Below, in pieces: positions 57,626 through 64,000 of a stretch of 64,000 nucleotides of DNA (within the stretch, counting starts at the first letter, position 1; each line of letters opens with the position of its first letter). Source of the stretch: the human T2T-CHM13v2.0 reference genome, Homo sapiens. The stretch is taken from NCBI RefSeq assembly GCF_009914755.1, contig NC_060925.1; one strand, written 5' to 3'. Under the pieces are notes generated by a model. That model saw nothing but the letters and a program-made list of their open reading frames with translations, was not told the origin of the DNA and searched no databases. The position numbers were made by a program, and so were the translations under genes.

Positions 57626-58461
57626 TCAGAACAAAAATAAATGAAATAGAGACTAAAAACATACAAAAAATGAATGAAATGAAAAGTTGGTTTTTTCAAA
57701 AGATAAACAAAATCAACAAAACCATTAGCTAAACCAACTAGGAAAAAGAGATAAGACCCAAGTAAATAAAATCAGAAATGAAAAAGGAGACATTACAATG
57801 GATAACACAGAAATAGAAAGGATCATTAGAGACTATTATAAACAGGAACCATCACACTATCTGACTTCAAAATTTACTACAAAGCTATAGTAACCAAAAC
57901 AGCATAGTACTGGCATTAAGACAGACACATAGACCAATGGATAGAATAAAGAACCCACAAATAAACCCATGTATTTACACCCAATTTATTTTCAAAAAAG
58001 GTCCCAAGGACATACATTGGGGAAAGGACAGTATCTTCAATAAATGATGTTGGGGAAACTGGATATCCATATACAGAAGGATGAAACTAGACTCCTATCT
58101 CTCACTATATGCAAAAATCAACACGAAATGGATTAAAGACTTACATCTAAGACTAGAAATTATGAAATTACTGTAAGAAAACATAGGGAAAATGCTTCAG
58201 GACATTAGTCTGGGAAAAGATTTTATGGGTAACTCCTCAAAAGTACAGGTAGCAAAAGCCAGAATAGACAAATGGGATTATATAAAACTGCAAAGCTTCT
58301 GTAAAGCAAAGGAAACAATCCATAGAGTGAAGAGACAACCTAAAGAATGGATTTGTAAACTCTCCATCCAACAAGGATGAATATCCTTAAGTAATATCTA
58401 GAATATACAAGGAACTCAACAGCAAAACATTTAAAATAATCTGATTAAGAATTGGCAGATG

Positions 58462-58787
<326 letters not shown>

Positions 58788-59208
58788 TCATTAGGGAAAT
58801 GCAAGTCAAAACCACAATGACATACCATCTCGTTGCAGTTAGAATGGCTACTATCAAAAAGATAAAAAATAACAATTGCTAGTGAGGATGAGACGAAAAA
58901 GGAACTCTTGTACACTATTGGTGTACAAGATAATATAAATTGGTTATAAATAATATATATTGCTTGTATATATACAAGCAATATAAATTGGTTCAGTCAC
59001 TGTAGACAACAGTAAGGAAGTTCTTCAGAAAACTAAAAATAGAACCATCATATGATCCAGCAATCCCAATGCTGGGTTATGCCCAAAAGAAAGGGAATCA
59101 GTATGTCAAAGAGATAGCTGCACTCATGTTTACTATAGCACTGTTCACAATAGCTAAGATATGGAATTTACCTTAGTGTCATCAACAGATAAATGGGCAA
59201 AGAAAATG

Positions 59209-59209
<1 letters not shown>

Positions 59210-59243
<34 letters not shown>
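59210..59243. repeat. (CA)17 microsatellite
   Basis: Perfect CA run inside the L1MA4 3' region. Confidence 0.95.
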
Positions 59244-59246
<3 letters not shown>

Positions 59247-60299
59247 ATAGTATTCAGCCATAAAAAAAAAAAATAAAATCCTGCCATTTGCAGGATGACA
59301 AATGGATGAGCCTGGAACACATCATGTTAAATGAAATGAACCAGGCATGAAAAGATAAATATTACATGTTCACACTCATATATGGAAGATAAAAAGGTTT
59401 CTCATAGAAGTAGAGAGCAAAAATAACGGTTACTAGAGACTGAGAAGGGGAGAGGGAATAGGGAGAGTTCAGTTATTGGATACAAAATTACAACTTGAGA
59501 GGAGCAATAAATTCTAGTACCCTATAGCACTGCAGGGTGACTACAATTAATAAGTTGTTATATGTTTTTAAATAGCTAAAAGAGTTCCTAGCACAAAGAA
59601 GTGATAAATGTTTGAGGTGACAGATATGCTAAATACACTGATTTGACCAGTACACATTATATTACATGTATTGAAAATCACACTGTACCCCATAAAAATG
59701 AACGGTTATGTGCCAATTAAAAATAATGTTAAAAGAAAACCTACCTCACATTTCAAATAATTCCATAGAGTTCTTTAACACAAACTTGCAATTATGAACA
59801 ATCAAGAATTTCAAGTTGGATCAATATGGATGAAGAGACAGTGAGAACCTATTTTAGTGAGCTTTATCCCTGAAGGCCAACATCTACGACCGGAGAGAAT
59901 GCGTTGGTAAATCTCAGTAAACTCTGTTGTAGTTATACTGATGCAATTCAATTGAAATGGACATTTAGCAATTAATAGATTCATCTGTGTGCAAGCTATC
60001 AAATTTTAGCCATTCACTTGGCCTAAATAAAGCATTCCTTTAAATTGGGCTTTACATTGTCTTCTCATCTAGCCAGGTTAACCAATTCTCTGCTCGATTT
60101 TATTTTTTCTGCCATAGACAGGGAAATAACAGTCACAGACTGATGACAATGTGTTGCTGAAAAGAACCACTCAGTCTTTCAGGTTGATAGATAGTTCTGA
60201 CAGGCTTCCAGGTCTGTATGGAGACACAATCGCATCCATAGCAAATTCTGCAGGTAACCTCTTTTTACAGTTTCCTGATTGCTTTCAACCCCGTATTAC

Positions 60300-61350
60300 T
60301 CATCACTACTCTTTCCCTGCATCCTTCTCCAGCTAAAGACCTCCTTTTCGATGCTTCCCTCTGAGACCTCTGGAACCCATCTTCATGTGTAGAGAAATTC
60401 CCAGCCTCAACATCTTCATAGGTTGTTCTCACCACCTTCTTGATTTAGTTGAAACCTGGCTTTCCGCCAGCACCCTGCTTTTTCCCTCTTCTCCCTTACA
60501 TCCTGGAGTTAATAGTAGAGACTTTTCAAGCTCCACACTTGCATCTTCCAAAGAAGTGCTATTTGGCACTCAAAAACCAAAATTCTCCTCTCCCTTAACA
60601 TTCATGCCATTGAGCAATACCACACCCTCTTTACTGCTATCTAATTATGAATGGGTAACATCTGTTTAATGCTTACAAATATGCCAGAAATTAGACTTAG
60701 TATTTTCATTAATTATCTTGCATACCAATTTCTTGGCCCCTCCCTTACAGCCCCTGAATCTTTTATCCTGGCTTCCCAGCCAATCTCCTGCTGTCAGCAT
60801 GGGAAACTTTAATGTCCATGAGGAAAAATCATTCAACACTCTATTCTTTGACCTCCTCATTGCCAATGATCTTTACCTTTACTCCACATCATCACTGGAA
60901 ACCACTCCAACTCTGAAATCTTACACACTAGCATTCTACATGATGAGTGCAACTTTCCATTCCTCCCACTCTTTTTCCCTTATCCCCATCCTACCTAATT
61001 TTTGGCTTCTCTTTGATATCTCTATTCCTCATCTCTTTTTATATTTCCAGCTATCAACTCTGCAGATTCCACTTCCTTTTGTATCATACTAGACTCTGTT
61101 AATTACATCACTTAGAATACTCTCCTCCCACCACTCTAACAACCTTGCTCCCTGCCCTCCTGCCACATTTGCCCTGCCAAACTTCCTAATATTCCTTCCT
61201 AAAACTATAATCAACACACAACGGCTCAATTTCTCATTTCCCACTCATTTTTCCATCCATCGCAATCAGATGTTCACTCCCACTGCTTCTCAGAATCTAC
61301 CTTCCCAAGGGTTACCAATGACTTTCTAATTGTTGTACCTTCAGCACTTG
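60300..61350 (+). mobile_element. L2 ORF2 remnant including the endonuclease region
   Basis: ORF-track fragments HHLLDLVETWLS and AVSMGNFNVH match the APE-endonuclease ETWL and GDFN motifs; pyrimidine-rich L2 composition. Confidence 0.6.
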
Positions 61351-61376
61351 ACACTTGTAATGAACATTTGACATTC

Positions 61377-61888
61377 TGCATGGCCACATAGTGTCTCAAC
61401 TGTCTTCCTGTGTTTGAGGAATCACCACCTTACAAGGTGCAGCCTGTCTCCTACCACACAAGCTGAGCATGCCAGAATACCTGCTTTTCCATGCAACTAC
61501 AGTATGAGCACATGATCTAGAATTGGCCCATCAGAGGCACCCACTCCAGTAACTGAATAGTACCTAATGGAGGAACTATGCAAGACCCTTTTGGCTAGAG
61601 CATGGCAGTACTGCTAGTTCCCAGAGGCAGTGGGTCATGGTTCTGGAAGTGGTATTCAATGTCACCTGATGGTTTTATCAGCTGTGTATGTTACAGGTCC
61701 ATGTCCAGTAGCAGCAGCAGTGGTATACTCCTGTTACTCATTCTACAACATGATTTGGGGCATTGTTCCTGGCCACGTAGCCTCCAAATGTTTTCCTGGT
61801 CTTTCCAAAAGCTCTGTGAGTTCCTAACATTCTTTTAATAACCTTTTTTCCTCCTTATATTAACCAGATTTGAACGCTGACTACTACA
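61377..61888 (+). mobile_element. ERVL LTR33-like solo LTR interrupting the L2
   Basis: gcacatgatctag...cccatcaga...cagcagcag...gggcattgttcctggcc...ctgtgagttcc...ttttaataa...ctgactactaca. Confidence 0.55.
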
Positions 61889-61889
61889 A

Positions 61890-63200
61890 CAATTTAGAAA
61901 AGACTATACTCCCCTGGTTCCCAAAGCACCTCTCTTTATGTCTAATTAAACCTAAGTCCTTTTCTAGAACTTCTTCTCTTCTCAATATAGACCCTTTCCC
62001 TGGGAAGCTGCATCCATTTATGTGGCTTTAACCACCATCTATTCACTAATGACCTGCAAATCTACCTTTTCAATCCAGGCATTCCTCCTGACCTCAAGAC
62101 CTCTATGGGAATGTCCCTGGAATGACCCTTGGTCATGTCATTGGAATGTCCATGGGTTTGGCATGTCTAACCTTCAGTCTATCTCCTAACCCCTAACTTG
62201 GAGAATGTGCTCTGGGTCTATAATCTCTCAAGTACAAAACCAGGTATCATCATCTTAGTTGGTCATGCAAGCATTTCTTCACTGAATGTCCTTCTAAGAA
62301 GGGCAATGTTAAGCATATTGGTATTCCAATAGGTAATTTTGCTGTCATTTGGATAAAAATAGGAAATAAATTATTTTCTTATTTATACATATAATATCTC
62401 TAGAAACACACGTTAAATACTAGAAATATCGATTGTCCCCAAGAAGGAAGACTTTTTTGCTGTATATGCTCTTTTGAATATTGTGCCATGTGAATTTATT
62501 CAGTTTTTTAAATTAAGTTATAAAAATAATTAAATAAAAGTTTAGAAATACAACACAACCCCACTTAAACTAGGCAATATCTCCCTCTGTCTTCTAGATA
62601 AAATTCCTTTAGTTTAGCAAATGAGACTCTTCGTAATTTGATCCTTGGCAGCCTCATCTCTCACTTCTTCTCTCCCAGGAATCTCTCTTTAGTCATACCA
62701 GATTATCTGTGGTTCCACAATCACACTGTGCCTTCACTCATGCTATTTCTTCTATCTCAAACACTGTCACACTGGTTGTCTGCCTGGAAAACTCCTACCC
62801 ATCCTCAAATACATTTCTCAATATCCCAGTGGGAAGATGAGTCACAACATCTTTATTATTAAAAAATTATCACTGTATAAAGTATGCAAGTAGTTTATCT
62901 TTTAAAATAAATATTAGTGTGGATTTGACCTTATCTCCAGAATAGTGTCACTCTCTGACTTGAATTCTAATTGGCTTTCTTGACTGTAGAGAAACGAGTA
63001 CGAATATGGCAGTATCTTAGAAACTGTGAATCAGATATCAATCATAGGAATATAACTCTCCATGTGTGTCTTTATGGATGAAAAATTGAGAACTGCTGTT
63101 CTAAGACTCAACACTAACAACTGCCTCTCTGTGAAGCCCCCTGATCCCCATAGGCGGAGCTGGACATGCCCTCCTCTAGGCTCCCATGAATGGTCCTTCA
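61890..63200 (+). mobile_element. Discontinuous L2 fragments
   Basis: ggctttaaccaccatctattcactaatgac...; gctatttcttctatct...; ctgcctctctgtgaagcc. Confidence 0.5.
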
Positions 63201-63595
63201 CTCATTCTTTCAACAAATACTTCCTGCACACCTAATACAAGCCACACATAATTTTAAGCACTAATAAACCGGTGACAAACAAGACCAAAATCCTTGACCT
63301 TTTGGAACTTTCATTTGACTGTGGGGGGAGACAGAGAATAAACAGCATAAATAAGAAAAGTAATGCTTTGTTATATGGCAATAAGATGAAAAATTTGGCA
63401 AGAAATGAAAATATAGGGTGCCAAAAAGAGGGATGATGGTCATTGTTAAATAGGGTTGTGAAGGAAAACTCTTCACTGAGATGTTAGCATTTCAGGCCCA
63501 ACAGAGGGGAGAGTGGAAGCCACAAAAGAATCCAAGTGAAGCATGTTCCAGACAGAAGGATCAGCAAGTGCAAGATGTCCTGAGGCAGGATTGGC
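63200..63595 (-). mobile_element. L2 3' region
   Basis: ctcattctttcaacaaatacttcctgcacacc...caagacc...ggggggagacaga...gcaagtgcaagatgtcctgaggcagg. Confidence 0.7.
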
Positions 63596-63659
63596 ATTTG
63601 TCACACTGTCTTTATATTAGGCTGACAGGCTTTTGAGGTCAGGAAGCACATCTTTGGTG

Positions 63660-63895
63660 AGAATAATCAATATTTATTGAGTGGTTTCTGACTGCCCGGC
63701 ACAGAAGGCATTTTACATGCATTAACTCACTTAATCATCATGACCTTTTGAGGTAAGGATATTAATATACCCAACTTACGGTTGAAGAAACAGATACACA
63801 GTATCATTTGTCCAATACAGCATAGGTAGAAAGTAGCACAGCTAGAATTTGAACCCAGATCAACTGACTCCCAAGTATATGTTCTTAACCATTTG
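63660..63895 (-). mobile_element. MIR
   Basis: tatttattgagtg...ttaactcacttaatc...tgaggtaagg...gctagaatttgaacccagat...tcttaacca. Confidence 0.75.
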
Positions 63896-64000
63896 CCCTA
63901 TAGAGTCTACCTTTAAATTCTCATCTTCAGAATTCTACCTCACTGTGGATGCCCAATAAATGTTTGTTGAATGGAAACTCAAACTGTGACTTACAAGAAG

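Overview
This is primate (human-like) nuclear DNA from inside the EAG1 potassium-channel gene KCNH1, which is transcribed on the minus strand. It contains one 430-nt coding exon (43751-44180, S4-S5-pore-S6, filter TSVGFG) with canonical AG/GT splice sites; everything else is intron. About half the window is transposon-derived. That includes an old L1MC1-like copy containing an AluJ, a full-length L1PA7-like element carrying a second, younger L1 3' end, and an 11-kb nest (L1MA4-like > L1PB1-like > AluSq, plus an L1PA3-like fragment and an AluSg). There are also MaLR/ERVL solo LTRs, hAT-Charlie relics, and many MIR and L2 fragments. Most ORFs in the supplied track are repeat-derived or chance. 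I see no prokaryotic or CRISPR-type system and cannot support a wholly new gene system. The best leads are: (i) a 61-nt A-tailed, TSD-flanked mini-retrocopy resembling the start of an ERV1 LTR transcript; (ii) an L1-into-L1 insertion with an in-register, homology-resolved duplication of about 100 bp; (iii) a double-poly(A) L1 3'-transduction bracketed by a 16-bp inverted repeat; (iv) an intact L1 ORF0 homolog in the KCNH1 sense direction; (v) a 36-bp inverted repeat just upstream of the exon's 3' splice site; (vi) a four-unit minisatellite with a graded poly(A) linker. Repeat subfamily names come from recalled consensus sequences and old-repeat boundaries are approximate.
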